A stretch of 64,000 nt of DNA from positions 33,114,401 through 33,178,400 of the forward strand of contig CM120641.1 of NCBI GenBank assembly GCA_051362555.1, given 5' to 3'. Numbering within the stretch: the stretch's first letter is position 1; each line of letters opens with the position of its first letter. Below the pieces are notes generated by a model, which was not told the DNA's origin, made no database searches, and saw nothing but the letters and a program-made list of their open reading frames with translations. This document shows, in pieces, positions 1 through 13,800 of the stretch. Position numbers and translations under genes: made by a program. The stretch is from Lingula anatina (taxonomy: Eukaryota > Animalia > Brachiopoda).

Positions 1-1479
1 CCAATATGTGAAAAAAGATGACAGTGCATAAAATAATATAATTACACAATGTTTAAAGACATAAAAACCAACACAACTCCTTATGTGGAAAAACAGAAAA
101 TGCACAGTGCTTCTGGTGGATAGGAGTTGAAAGTGATATCTTGAAGATGCTAGTGTTTGAAAAATAATTAAAAGAAAATGTAAAATAAAACATAAAAAAA
201 ATTCCAATAAAGCTGCTATTCAAACTTTTAATCTAGCTGTGTAATTGCTAACATGACTAACATTTACCTGCATAATAATCATCGATTCCTAATTATGTGA
301 CACAGTTAAGAGAGAAAAACCCAGGGGACTTTACAATGAGATCTCAACGTGTGTTTTATGTCATCTCATTTAATGGCCACTTGAAAATTAATTAAGCAAA
401 TTACTTTATGACCCTGAATTAATATACTGCCCACTATCCATATACATTTATTGCACCATAGTGCACTCTATAGAACTGCATTGCTTCCAAAACAGAAAAC
501 AATCACACTGGTTTTCCAACACAAGCTGCACTTCATTCTTATGAAACTTTTCAGTAAATTTGAGTATCATAAGTAACATGGTTTTCCCTTAATCGCTATC
601 CTGGCAGCAGTGTCCAAAATAGGGGTTTCTTCAACTTTCATGCAATATAACATAATACTTAACAGCATAATGACCATCAATTTTTTATAAAAAAAAAAAT
701 AATAATAAGAGTTTCATGAATATTCAGAAAATGTGATATGGAAGGGTCTTCAAGACCATGGAAGTTCAGAGTCACACATTCAAAATGCCAAAATGTAAAC
801 AAGAGATAACTGTACTGAAATGATTTTCTTTCCATTTTCAACACCTTTTTACATAAAACAAAATAATCAATTTACTGTCATTTATAAATGATCAACTAGG
901 AAAATTGTTGACATAGGAAAAATATCAAAAGAACAATTTTAAATGTCCAATTTGCTCCATTCGCATATTCTGAACAGTGAATGATTGAATCTGACAAACT
1001 GCAATGATGAGTTCCTTTCCATTTTTGATAATTTATTACACAATGCACGATAACAGGTTTACAGTCATTTTTATATAATCAACTAACAATATTGTTAAGA
1101 AGCAGAAAACGTTAAAACAACACTTTTACATATCTAATTAGTCCCATAATGAGACTGTTAACATGCCTAAAAATTAAATCTGAAGAAAAAAACACTTATA
1201 TACAAAAAGGCTAATAACTTCATCAAAACTTAACTGATCAAGCTTATTTTCGAACTTGATCTGTATACTAGTCAGACTAATCACTGCTGTGAGTTGCAAG
1301 ACAAAGGGCTGATTGGTTTTCCTTAAAATGTGTTATCAGTGTTGCATATATGCTGAATAAGGGAAAAAGACAGCGAAACTGTTGTGGTAATAGACCCCTG
1401 TGAAGTTGATTCCTGGTTCCTTATTCCTTATTCGGTTACTTATTCAAATGTGAAGTTGGTTACTTATTCCCGGTTCCTT

Positions 1480-3218
1480 ATTCGGTTACTTATTCAACTT
1501 TTTTATGTTTTTTTATGATTTTGATGCTAAAATACCTGTTTCATCATACTAGCACCCCCTCTTCATCTAGATGACACCCTAAAATTGTTAAATATACCAC
1601 TAAAAACACAAAATATAACCCATTCCTTATTCAAAAGTCCTGTTACTTATTCGGTTACTTATTCCTTATTCGGTTACTTATTCAACTTTTTTATGTTGTT
1701 TTATGATTTTGATGCTAGAATACCTGTTTCATCATACTAGCACCCCCTCTTCATCTAGATGACACCCTAAAATTGTTAAATATACCACTAAAAACACAAA
1801 ATATAACCCATTCCTTATTCAAAAGTCCTGTTACTTATTCGGTTACTTATTCCTTATTCGGTTACTTATTCAACTTTTTTATGTTTTTTTATGATTTTGA
1901 TGCTAGAATACCTGTTTCATCATACTAGCACCCCCTCTTCATCTAGATGACGCCCTAAAATTGTTAAATATACCAATAAAAACACAAAATATAACCCATT
2001 CCTTATTCAAAAGTCCTGTTACTTATTCGGTTACTTATTCCTTATTCGGTTACTTATTCCTTATTCGGTTACTTATTCAACTTTTTTATGTTTTTTTATG
2101 ATTTTGATGCTAAAATACCTGTTTCATCATACTAGCACCCCCTCTTCATCTAGATGACACCCTAAAATTGTTAAATATACCACTAAAAACACAAAATATA
2201 ACCCATTCCTTATTCAAAAGTCCTGTTACTTATTCGGTTACTTATTCCTTATTCGGTTACTTATTCAACTTTTTTATGTTGTTTTATGATTTTGATGCTA
2301 GAATACCTGTTTCATCATACTAGCACCCCCTCTTCATCTAGATGACACCCTAAAATTGTTAAATATACCACTAAAAACACAAAATATAACCCATTCCTTA
2401 TTCAAAAGTCCTGTTACTTATTCGGTTACTTATTCCTTATTCGGTTACTTATTCAACTTTTTTATGTTTTTTTATGATTTTGATGCTAGAATACCTGTTT
2501 CATCATACTAGCACCCCCTCTTCATCTAGATGACGCCCTAAAATTGTTAAATATACCAATAAAAACACAAAATATAACCCATTCCTTATTCAAAAGTCCT
2601 GTTACTTATTCGGTTACTTATTCCTTATTCGGTTACTTATTCCTTATTCGGTTACTTATTCAACTTTTTTATGTTTTTTTATGATTTTGATGCTAAAATA
2701 CCTGTTTCATCATACTAGCACCCCCTCTTCATCTAGATGACACCCTAAATTGTTAAATATACCAATAAAAACACAAAATATAACCCATTCCTTATTCAAA
2801 AGTCCTGTTACTTATTCGGTTACTTATTCCTTATTCGGTTACTTATTCAACTTTTTTATGTTTTTTTATGATTTTGATGCTAGAATACCTGTTTCATCAT
2901 ACTAGCACCCCCTCTTCATCTAGATGACGCCCTAAAATTGTTAAATATACCAATAAAAACACAAAATATAACCCATTCCTTATTCAAAAGTCCTGTTACT
3001 TATTCGGTTACTTATTCCTTATTCGGTTACTTATTCAACATTTTTATGTTTTTTTATGATTTTGATGCTAAAATACCTGTTTCATCATACTAGCACCCCC
3101 TCTTCATCTAGATGACACCCTAAATTGTTAAATATACCAATAAAAACACAAAATATAACCCATTCCTTATTCAAAAGTCCTGTTACTTATTCGGTTACTT
3201 ATTCCTTATTCGGTTACT
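1480..3218 (+). repeat. 188/207-bp tandem repeat, 9 copies (left arm)
   Basis: Marker AGCACCCCCTCTTCATCTAGATGAC at 1551, 1739, 1927, 2134, 2322, 2510, 2717, 2904, 3092. Confidence 0.97.
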
Positions 3219-3844
3219 TTTTTCCAAGGAGCTTAGGCTCTGACGTCATTGTGACAATGATCATCCGTGGACTTGCTGCCTGCTGATTGGTACACTATAA
3301 ATTTTCTCTACTGGCGGATGGGGCTCCATCTTGAAAATGATGTGACACTTGTCTGGTAAAATCGGACCTTCCATTCCCGCTTAAAAAGCAAAAGTCCCGA
3401 ATAAGTAGGCCTAGGCCTAACCAGGCCTCCAGAAAGTCCGTTTTTGAAAGAATTTCAGATTTTTCCATCCAAATCAACTCACCTGGACCTAATACACGCG
3501 CCTGGTTCGAAAAAACCGAACTCCGTACCTTTTGAGGCCTATCTGTCACGTCACCTACATTGAACACGGCTGAGGACACGGGTTTTATATTTGGCCGATT
3601 TGATTCCAACTTTTTATAAATCGTAATCTACACTGTATAGAGAGGGCCAATGCAGCCATTTTGAGAGCGCTGGCATTTTCGCTTAAGTTTTGATTTGGCG
3701 CCAAGATTTAGCTTTGAATAAGTAACCAAATAGGCCTAAGAGTAGCCTAAATGGCGGCCGCCTATGGGCGAAATCAAAAGGGCGCCCGTACATTGAAAAT
3801 ATGCACGGTGTAGATTTTCTCGGCTCTAATCTTCCCCGTGCATG

Positions 3845-4480
3845 AAATCATAAAACAACATAAAAAAGTTGAATAAGTAACCGAATAAGGAATAAGTAAC
3901 CGAATAAGTAACAGGACTTTTGAATAAGGAATGGGTTATATTTTGTGTTTTTAGTGGTATATTTAACAATTTTAGGGTGTCATCTAGATGAAGAGGGGGT
4001 GCTAGTATGATGAAACAGGTATTTTAGCATCAAAATCATAAAAAAACATAAAAAAGTTGAATAAGTAACCGAATAAGGAATAAGTAACCGAATAAGTAAC
4101 AGGACTTTTGAATAAGGAATGGGTTATATTTTGTGTTTTTATTGGTATATTTAACAATTTTAGGGTGTCATCTAGATGAAGAGGGGGTGCTAGTATGATG
4201 AAACAGGTATTCTAGCATCAAAATCATAAAAAACATAAAAAAGTTGAATAAGTAACCGAATAAGGAATAAGTAACCGAATAAGGAATAAGTAACCGAATA
4301 AGTAACAGGACTTTTGAATAAGGAATGGGTTATATTTTGTGTTTTTGGTGGTATATTTAACAATTTTAGGGTGTCATCTAGATGAAGAGGGGGTGCTAGT
4401 ATGATGAAACAGGTATTCTAGAATCAAAATCATAAAAAAAACATAAAAAAGTTGAATAAGTAACCGAATAAGGAACCGGG
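3845..4480 (-). repeat. Same satellite, about 3.4 inverted copies (right arm)
   Basis: GAGGGGGTGCTAG at about 3993, 4181 and 4388. Confidence 0.95.
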
Positions 4481-5285
4481 AATAAGTAACCAACTTCACA
4501 TTTGAATAAGTAACCGAATAAGGAATAAGGAACCAGGAATCAACTTCACCGGGGTTAAAAATAGTCCAATCAAGCCAATTTTTGAACTTGACCTGCGTAT
4601 TATGAATATTCATCAGTTTCAATCCAAAAGGAAAAACATTTTTACACTTATCTTGTTATCCGTGTTATAAAAATGCTGAAAATTTTGAAAAAAAAAAAAT
4701 CCTAACTTCCCTAAAAATGGCCGGATCATGCTGAATTTCGAACTTGACCTGGGTATTATGAATATTCATCAGTTCTGTAAGTTTCAAGCCAAAAGGTAAA
4801 ACGGTATTTCACTTATCGTGTTATCGGTGCTGCATATATGCTGAATAAAAAGTGAAAAAACAGCATAACTTCCCTACAAGTGACCCAATCATGCTGATTT
4901 TCGAACTTGACCTGCGTATTATAAATATTCATCAATTCTGTAAGTTTCAAGCTGAAATGAAAAACAGTTTTCCACTAATCGTGTTATCGGTAAAAGTGCA
5001 CGGCGCCGACAGCGACGGCGACGACAGACGCAGGTGATGGCTATATGTACAGACACATCTGTGTCTGTACATAAAAAGGGGAAATCACTTACTCACACTT
5101 GAGAGAAAATGCACATCAGCCTTAGAAGAGAAACACGACATCCAAACAAGCGTGACCTAAATTGGGTATATGAAGGTTTTGGTTCTAGCCTCAAAGGGCA
5201 TTCAACTTTCAAAAACGACCTAGAAACATGGGCGTAAGAGGAATATGACAGAAATGAAAAGAGAGTATGACATGGTGGCACTTAC

Positions 5286-5700
5286 CCATCTCCAGTAGCT
5301 TGGATTTCAGTCCATTTACGATTAATGTTTTTCTGCGGCGGTTATTCGACGTTCGGGCTAAAAGCTGAGTGTTATTTGTACATGTACATTTCCCTGAGCG
5401 ACGAGTTCGCATGTATTGAAGGGTCGAATTCACAGAAGTACACCATGGGGAAAAGAGCAAACATTCGATGTTTTGTGCTAGTAAAGAAACTATCCTCAGG
5501 TTCGATGCATTGGCATAGGATCACATGAGATTTGAAGGCGGTTGCCCGAAGAAAATCGCTCTCACTTCGCGTCCCTTGTACTCCTCTGGAGTGAAACGCA
5601 ACATGTCCATCCCGTTTCACAATTGCCCGCTCTTAGACTTCCAATCTTAGATTGTCGGCTGGGGGCGTTGCTGTCGTCAGCATCCTGTCAGTTTGAACTC
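5286..5700 (-). other. Probable first exon of a minus-strand gene (long leader with uORFs; product unknown)
   Basis: CpG-rich island ending GAG ATG G|GTAAGT on the minus strand (donor at 5285); no downstream exon recognised in 1-5000. Confidence 0.45.
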
Positions 5701-8700
5701 TGGGGTGTCGTATGAGAGTGAGACCCATATTTCATTATTGCATTGTATATACACCTACGTTTGAAATGCATTCAGCGTTTTCATACCTATTCATTGTTTA
5801 AACAGAAAAAAAACGCATTTACCTGGGAGGGAAGAATCAATGTTATTAGTTTTTAGAGGGAACCCACGCATGCCTCTCCCCCAATTATGATTGACAGTGT
5901 CCTTGCATCTTGTTGACATGATATCAACCTGAAGTTTACTAACCTGCCCCAGGCCATCAATGGACGACCTTGTCCGCTTACACTGGAACACTTATCCGCA
6001 ATATGCATTGATCCACAATGCACTGTGAAGAAACTTTCATTCCATTTCTTGTTACACAGATGATGATAATAATGATAAAGTGATAATACATTTTTGTTGT
6101 AAACATTTATGTGGAGTTGTCCAGTTTTTTTGGTAGCATTTATTTTGCAAGGAGAAAGGATAACGAAATGATAATATACTTAGTGTGATTTAATGTTTTA
6201 GTTAGTTTTTACATTTGCTTAAATATTTTACTACTTCTTATATTTGCTTGACAGAAGATGGCATACAGGGCTCCACAGTCCGCCTTATCACTGTTCAGAA
6301 CTGGCATGGTTTAAAAAAACTTTCGTGTGTGTGTGTGTGTGGGGGGGGGGGGGGGTAGGGAGTAACCTCCCTCAGCTCCTGTGATCTTTTATGTTGTTTA
6401 ATTACCAAAATAAACAGGTCGGAAAGGAAGGGGGTGAACCCCAGAAGAAGGTTGTTTGTTCAGGGCAACATATGACCTGCATGCAAGGAGGTTTCATGGT
6501 AATAGGTAAACTTATAGAAAAAACGCCACGTTTTGATATTCTCCATCTACTACAATTACCCAAATGGTCTTTTATTTAAAAAAAAAAAGATTAACAAAAA
6601 GCAAACAACCATATAATGAAGAGGACTTTATCAGACTGAGTCTAATAACTAAAATGAAAAAGTATACTTTTAGCTGAAGATGGAGTTAAACAATCTGCCT
6701 CAACGGGTTCGGGGTTGGGGTGAGAAGTAAAAAAGTAAAAAGCCAAAATGATTAAATAACCTTAACATGAAATTACACAGCTTATACGAAGCATATTTTT
6801 ATGACTGGCGTGGAGTTTTCATTTTTACCACATGGGATTTAATGTAAGCGATACTTAGACTACCTGTTCAATACCCGCTATATATGCAGCAAGAAAACAA
6901 AGCGGGGACATCGTGGGATATGGTGGCCAGACCATGGACAGACGGCAGAGAGATACAGGTGGTACCCCCTCTGAAAATGGAGGTAAGGCCAATGATCTGA
7001 GAAATTAAATATTGGACTTAAAGAAATATCAGTTGATGAAACATGTACCGTTAATTACTTTTCGATTTCAATGGTGCAATGTGCGTAGAATAGGTGATTT
7101 TGCTACTTAACGATGAAGCCTATTTAGTGATGTCAATCTATGGCAAATAACGAAGGATTGTAAAAAAAATGGGTAATTGAAGGTCTGATCATTCCCCTAC
7201 TTCCACCCCCTTACCTTCAATAGAAAATACTTTGAAAACAAATATTTTAGCCGATACATATTTATATTCTTATTAAAGATAAATATCCTAAATTGATGGG
7301 TTTCAGGGGCGGATCCAGGATTATTTGAAGGGGGGTCCGGAACGACAGGCCTCGAACGCGATGCCGACCATCGCTCCCTATAGGCGTGGGGTTCGTTGCA
7401 GGCTAACACAACGTGCCGAAAAGCGAGGGGATGAATAGAGATTCGGCGGCATCGGCACCGAACATACAAATAATCTCGTGCAGAATAAGAGCTTAACATT
7501 ATTTCCAAATATATTTGCCCCTCATATCTTTTTGGCAGTTGCCCAGCATAAAATCGTTTTATTACATATGTCGAGAAAAATATAAAATACCCCCCCCCCC
7601 AAAGATTATGGAAATAAATAGGAATTTTTTTTAAAAAATTCAATTTACTTTAAATTTTTATTTATTTTTGAATTTAATAATATTTAACTACAAATTAAAC
7701 AAGAAAATGCAAGTTGTACTTGCAGCATATATTTATTCTACCGAAATCTAACTTTGTTTTACACTGCATTATAATTGCATAAATGATTGCCATATTTTTT
7801 AGTCTATTTCATAAGTAAATAATAATTTAACTATCTTTTCATATAAATAAATAACAGTTCAACTATTTTAGAATAAATCATTACACAGTTACTTTTACAT
7901 TTCAATTACCTATTCCTGAATGAATCATTGTACAGTCGCTTTACATTATAGTTGGATTAAATAAGTAGGTGATAGAGCAGTTACCCTTGAGTAATAAGTG
8001 AGATAGGCCAGCTGTTCTTGAAGAATAGATAGGCTAGCTATCCTTAACATTCAACTTTGTATAAAATAATATAATATACTAGTCCACCTGGCTTTATACA
8101 AGTAATAAAAAAAGCAATCATTTTAAAAGGCTACAATCTTTACTTATCCTAACCTCATAGTTATTGCTGTTTTTGTTACTGTAGTACTTCTAAGAGTACC
8201 TTCATTCGTTCGTCACAGCCCAGATGACTTTCTAAAATGACAGTCATTGCAGGCTAACACAATATTCTTATTTATGCTATCCTCACTGTTATTGTTTTTT
8301 TGTCTTGTTGTTATTGTTGTAAGAAAACCCTCATTCATTCCTTCCAGGCTAAGGATGTAAGGCCCTCTGCATTATGAGGCAGTAGCTATGCCCATAGTAA
8401 CTATTACAAGTCTATTTACCACACATGTAAATATTGCATAGTTTTGCACATTTTTTTGCACTTATTGCTTTTTCTAGTCCTCTTAACCACAACTGGAACC
8501 AATGTAGTTGAGTATGAAAGTGGTTGGGACTAAAGTGACAAACCTGCTATTGGGATCAACAGTGACAATGTGAAGGTGGTATACTAGCCAGGTGCTGATG
8601 CTAACTGGTACAGTAAAACACAAGCTGCAAAAAATCCAGCAACAACAAACACTTCTTTGGAATATGTCTCTATTACTAGGGTTGGCATTTTCCTCTTCTT

Positions 8701-9161
8701 CTCATAATTTCTCACCACCACCATTCCTGTACTATCTTTTAGGCAGGTGCTATTATATTGATGCGTTGCTTATGAGGACACTGGCAGCAAGCAGCAGGGT
8801 TTTTGCTAATGTTGGAGGTGCAGACAAGGGCATGCCTAGTAGAAGGGAGGCTCTGTACTACCTTCAGTATGTAAAAAGAAAAAAAATAATAATGTTAATA
8901 TATGCTTCAATATGGAAGAAAAAATAAAATAGAAACAAAATAAAGCAAAAAAATTATCTTTTTATCTTTTTTAAATTTTTCATACAAGCTTGGCTCCAAA
9001 AAAAAATCATTTTCATGTAATGCATGCTATCAGAAAAGAAAAATATGGATGAGAAATGCAACCTAAATAGCATTAATATATTTAATTACTATGCTTACTT
9101 TTTGCTTACTTTTTAGGATTAATAAAGATAAAATGTTATATGTTCTACAATTATTCAAATT

Positions 9162-9329
9162 CAGGGGTGGATTTAGGCCGTCTTCTGGGTCTTCCGGAAG
9201 ACGGTCAGATTTTCAAGTTTACATTGACGGGTATCTAATTTTTTCTGTCGGAAGACGGTCAAAAATGGTGGATGGATCAACAAAGAAAATTTGGAAGACT
9301 ATCAGAAAATATCTCTGTATCCGCACCTG
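9162..9329. mobile_element. Short MITE with CAGGGG(C/T)GGAT-type termini
   Basis: CAGGGGTGGAT...ATCCGCACCTG flanked by AAATT on both sides; second copy at 42689-42847; similar terminus at about 7304. Confidence 0.65.
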
Positions 9330-10199
9330 AAATTTATATTAATAATGATAATAGCAGTTGTATATTGTGGTGGCTCCTACTTGCTATAGTGACTGATGCT
9401 ATAAACACCCTGTACAGATAGGGTGGGCTTGTCCCACCACGCTCCTAACAGGCATGCAAGTAGTACATTTTGTACACCTAAAATCATTGTGTAAACACCC
9501 CCTTTTACAGCCATTTTGCATAAAAAGTAAAATCAAAGTAAAATTGAATATTTTGCAAGGCAATAACTTGTTCTTCAAGGTGTAGATATATCCATTTTCA
9601 AGATTTCTTTTTCTTTCTTTTTTTGAATGATCATTTTTTTGAATGATCAATCAAAGAATTATAAAAGAAAAACAAATTAAAACAAAACAAAAAAAGTAGC
9701 ATAACCATCATCCATTTTTTAAAAAATTTTTAATTGCAAAAAGATTAATTTTACAAATCAAAAAGGTGATTTAACTGTTTTAAAATCTTTGTTACGCTGA
9801 ACAAGATCCTTGAAAGTACATGACTTTCAGGTTTTCACTTATTTGCAGCTGACACCCTTTTTTTTGTCACACATAAGCAATTCTTGTAAATTTATCCCCC
9901 CCCCCCCCCCCCGACGTTTAAACAGTGAAAACGAGCAAAAGAAATCTACACCTTAGCCCTATTAGGAAAATGACTTTTCCCAGACTGCTACCCACGAGGA
10001 TGTTCTCATGTGAAATCTCAGAGGATTTCCAAATTTTATTATGATGATGATTATTATTATTATATATTTGTGTCTTATCCTTTACACTATACAGTAGTTA
10101 TTTAAAACATCTTTACCGAAAAAAAATGTGCAGTACTTGATTCTTTTTTCTCAGTGACACTCCATTCTTATTTGCCAGTTGAAAGATCATCGAAAAATA

Positions 10200-10842
10200 T
10201 GTGTTATACACCGGACTACGTTTACCTTCGGGGCACCAGCACAAAACAGACCTAGCTGAACTGAGCGTAAGACGGCGATCAATCACAGCTGTTTATTATA
10301 TAAAATCGGTCGATAAAATCTTCACGGACGAATCGGGAATGGAGCAATACATGCAACTTTAAAATAAACACTTTGTCAATCTAAACTATATTAATATTTA
10401 TTTTTACTTCTTTTACTTTCGAAATATAATAACCCACTGCAACAACAAAAACACCTGACAATAACCTCTGTCCAACACACACCCACTGAACACACACACC
10501 CTGCGATAACGAGGCCAAAGGTTACAAATCCTCTCCTAGGGGGAAAAGCTTTGGGTCGGTGCAGTAAAAACTATTTGAAACCAAAAGTCGCCTTGGTCTT
10601 CTGTCCAACTTATTAAATTCTTTTTAGGTATATGAGCTTTTTTAGGTTGGACTACCTAAAAATGGTAAACGTTTGAAAAGTTTTCGGAATTTTACACACT
10701 TCTATAAAAACGTCCCGTATTGATCCCTCCCCTCCCCGGTGGAAGTTAGACTCGTCCTCAAGCGGGTTCCAGGTATGAGTGTCACAACATGACGAATAGA
10801 GACGTACGCTATAGCATAACGGCAGAGACGACTTAGGTAAGT
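10200..10842 (+). promoter_or_regulatory. Candidate promoter and non-coding first exon of the cadherin gene
   Basis: Local CpG enrichment against a CpG-poor background; strong donor TAG|GTAAGT at 10837; the ATG exon begins with an acceptor at 18290, so an upstream exon is needed. Confidence 0.4.
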
Positions 10843-13800
10843 TTGGCTCCTTTAACATGTCAATATTAAGTGAAAGAGTTGCCTTAATCTGTCCTTCAAT
10901 GGTAAGTGGACTGTTTGGGTTGTTCGCGTTGTATAGTGGATGTCCAGTTGCTGACAAAGCTGACCATGCAGCTGACAAACTACTAGTACGGTGACTCCAA
11001 GTCTAAAGCTGTAACGCATTAAAATGAATATCATGTCAATACGAGGCGTGTGAAACAAGAATTTGCTGTGTAATCAAACTCGGCTGAATTAGAATAAAGT
11101 ATTTAGACCATTAGACATTGGTTAGAGAATTACGTAAGGTCTATAGTTTCTAAACTGCAGATTAGAAGGGGATTTGCACCTGACTTTATGGAATTACTTA
11201 CCTGGTCTTTTTTTTTTAAGACACCGATCCCCGTCTGGGTTTCTTTCATGCTACTTAACATTACGAGCTGCATGCTGATGTCAGTGTGGTCTATATGACT
11301 GTAAAGATAGATAATAATGGTAGTTACTGAGCCAAGGTGAGACTTGAACTGTCGTGCTCTGCTCGAAACAGAACACAATTATCATGAGTTGCCCTCATCT
11401 GCAGGCCATAATACATATACTGATAGGGTTGGAAGCTTTGTGCATTTATACCAATTCAGGAAGTTAAATAAAACTTAATTTTGACTTTTATGCCAGGAAT
11501 AAAACTTGTTCATCAGGTATGAATGCCAATTAACAATAATTTGAAGAAATAATTAACATTTTCGAGAATTAACTGGTATAATGTTGTCAGCCCTGAAATA
11601 ATGAAAATGCACAGGGATATGTACTAGTACCCAAATGAATATTGCTGTAATGTTGTTAATCCTGTGTATTTAATTGAGAGAACCTGTGAAAATATATACT
11701 GCTTGTTCTTTTATGGTATCACAGGTATGTGTAAAAGCAAACAGTTTGATGAAAGTATTTCAAACATTGACATAGGTTATCATATGACACCCTGATATCC
11801 ATGATTAGATGAGGAAGTTTTGCCAAATAAAGTATATCAACTTATGGGGGCAAATTTTAGCAAGCGAAAATAAAATAAAATGAAGTCTTTATCAAATCTG
11901 TTGCCATCTCTTTAACGTTGAGATTAAGATGATGTAAGGAAGACAATAAATATGAATTTAAACTGATGTAATTAAGAGGAAGAAACAATTCAAGGTCTTT
12001 ATCAAGTTTATTATGTTTTAAACTAAAATCTTGTTGAGATTGACACATTTAAAATTTGAAACGTTATACAGAAGAGACTGCATCTTCAATTTTCTGTTTC
12101 CTTTTTTTTTTAAACAAAAGTCTTGCCAAATGCCAAGGCACTTCCAGAAGTAAAAGATTACTTTATCTTTTGCATTTATGGTGTCATAAAATGAATTCTG
12201 CCTATAAAGTCACATGATGTTAGTCAAACATTACTTTTTATTATAGTTCAACTGAATAAATCTACAGAAGACATTTTTGTAATCTAAAGCAGATTTTCCC
12301 AGTCTATAGAGCAGGAAAATAGATAACTTTCAATTACGTAGGATAACCAGGAAGGTTTGGCCCAAACTAGTAGACTAGATTCTGCTAATTTGGTCTGAAA
12401 TTCCTTTTTATTGCCTTGCGTGATATATTCTGATGGTGCTTAATGTTGCACAGACATTAATTATTAACCTATTTTATTCACCTAAAAGGAGCACCAGTGA
12501 TAAAAAGATATAAAGCCTGTTCATTGTTCTACCTGTATGGTGTGTCATCAAGGTGTTTTTAAGCCAGGTGAGCTGCGACAGGTTGTGGACTTAATTAAGT
12601 GTATTGTTGTAGATTGATATAGTGATTGTACTGGCTACAGTGTTGACGGACACATCAGGTATCACTTTCACCTGCAAGGTGGGCAATTAGTGGGATTAAT
12701 GGAAGATTCCCAAGTTATGAATTACATCATGTAGACAATGGAGACAGATGGGATAATTACTAGTAAGAAGAGGAGGTGATTATTTAGTTGTTTCGTGGTT
12801 TGGTGATATCTTTTTTAGTTAAATAAGGCCCTAAGAAACTGAAGAAACACTTAATTAATTGATTTTTTTTAACCTAAGGCTTCTGAAATTGCCCTTCAAC
12901 TGCATCAATTAAGAGCCAAGCAGGCAGTTTTATATATCAAGCTCCAAGCTTTAAGGTAGCCAGTGTTATGTATACTGTTTGCCATCTTAATAGCTTAAAT
13001 GCCATTTGGTGCATTTGATTACAAACTATAACAATATGACTATAGGTTATATAATGTCTGAACATAAAGGAAAGGTAGCTAGCAGGTTTACAGTGGTTCT
13101 TGTCAACATATTTTAAAACATTAAGAAGCATTAGCTTTATTGTAGATATTCATTTCCAAAGCCCTATGAAAACAACCCTGTGTTCAAAAGCTGCTTTGAA
13201 TACCTGGATTATTATGCATATGGTGGCTTTGTGATACATGTATATATACGAAGGACTAAAAATCAAGGGCTACTGCTTAAGTGTTTTTTGATAATTTGAA
13301 CAATAAAAAAAGAAATTTAAAGATCCTTCAAAATTGGAAAACTGTGTTGTCGTGGGAAAAAATGAAATGGTCATAGGGAGTAACTTTGTAGTTTTGACAT
13401 ATTTGTAAAAAAATAGACAAGTTTGTCCTTGTTTTTTTCTTTTTGTGTTTGCATAGAGATAACATGAAGCAGCACGGCCCACCTCCAAGTGAGAGGCTGA
13501 TAGGCATCCTGATAATAAATGACTTTAGTCAAGTTCATATTCTGTTTTAAACAGAGACTTTTTGTTTGATGATACCAGATAGACGATCTGACGACTGAAG
13601 GATTGTCTTTAATTTTAGTCTGAGAATTTTTATGCTTTTCATTTCATGATAAATCGTTATCTGTCCACTGTAAGAAAATAAGTTACTTTTTTTTTTAGAC
13701 ATTTTGCTCTTTAAATAAAATGGGTACAGTCCTTCTACACTTTACAGGTTACCTGGGGTCCAGATTAGCTAGTTATAGTTATGGTGTCTTAGTCTAAAAA

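Larger units (their letters stand above)
1394..4555. mobile_element. Foldback-type non-autonomous DNA transposon with long modular inverted arms
   Basis: Ends ACCCC(T/G)GTGAAGTTGATTCCTGGTTCC are reverse complements. Arms 1394-3218 and about 3845-4555 are made of the same satellite around a GC-richer core. Degenerate 9-bp flanks TGGTAATAG / TAAAAATAG. Confidence 0.8.
797..5077 (-). mobile_element. Helentron-associated (HINE/DINE-1/pearl-like) non-autonomous element, interrupted by the foldback element
   Basis: Perfect 14-bp hairpin TATGTACAGACACA-TC-TGTGTCTGTACATA (5044-5073) beside a GAC-type microsatellite; about 160-bp core repeats (GAACTTGACCTG...AAGTTTCAAG) at 1206-1380 and 4565-4990; AAACAAGAG terminus near 797. 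Confidence 0.6.

Noticed and set aside
3295-3609. 104-aa minus-strand ORF in the foldback core as a transposase
   Set aside because: Non-ATG start, short, and no DDE or zinc-finger motif recognised
1480-4480. Regular repeat array as a possible CRISPR
   Set aside because: Units are contiguous near-identical monomers with no unique spacers, there are no cas genes, and the context is eukaryotic
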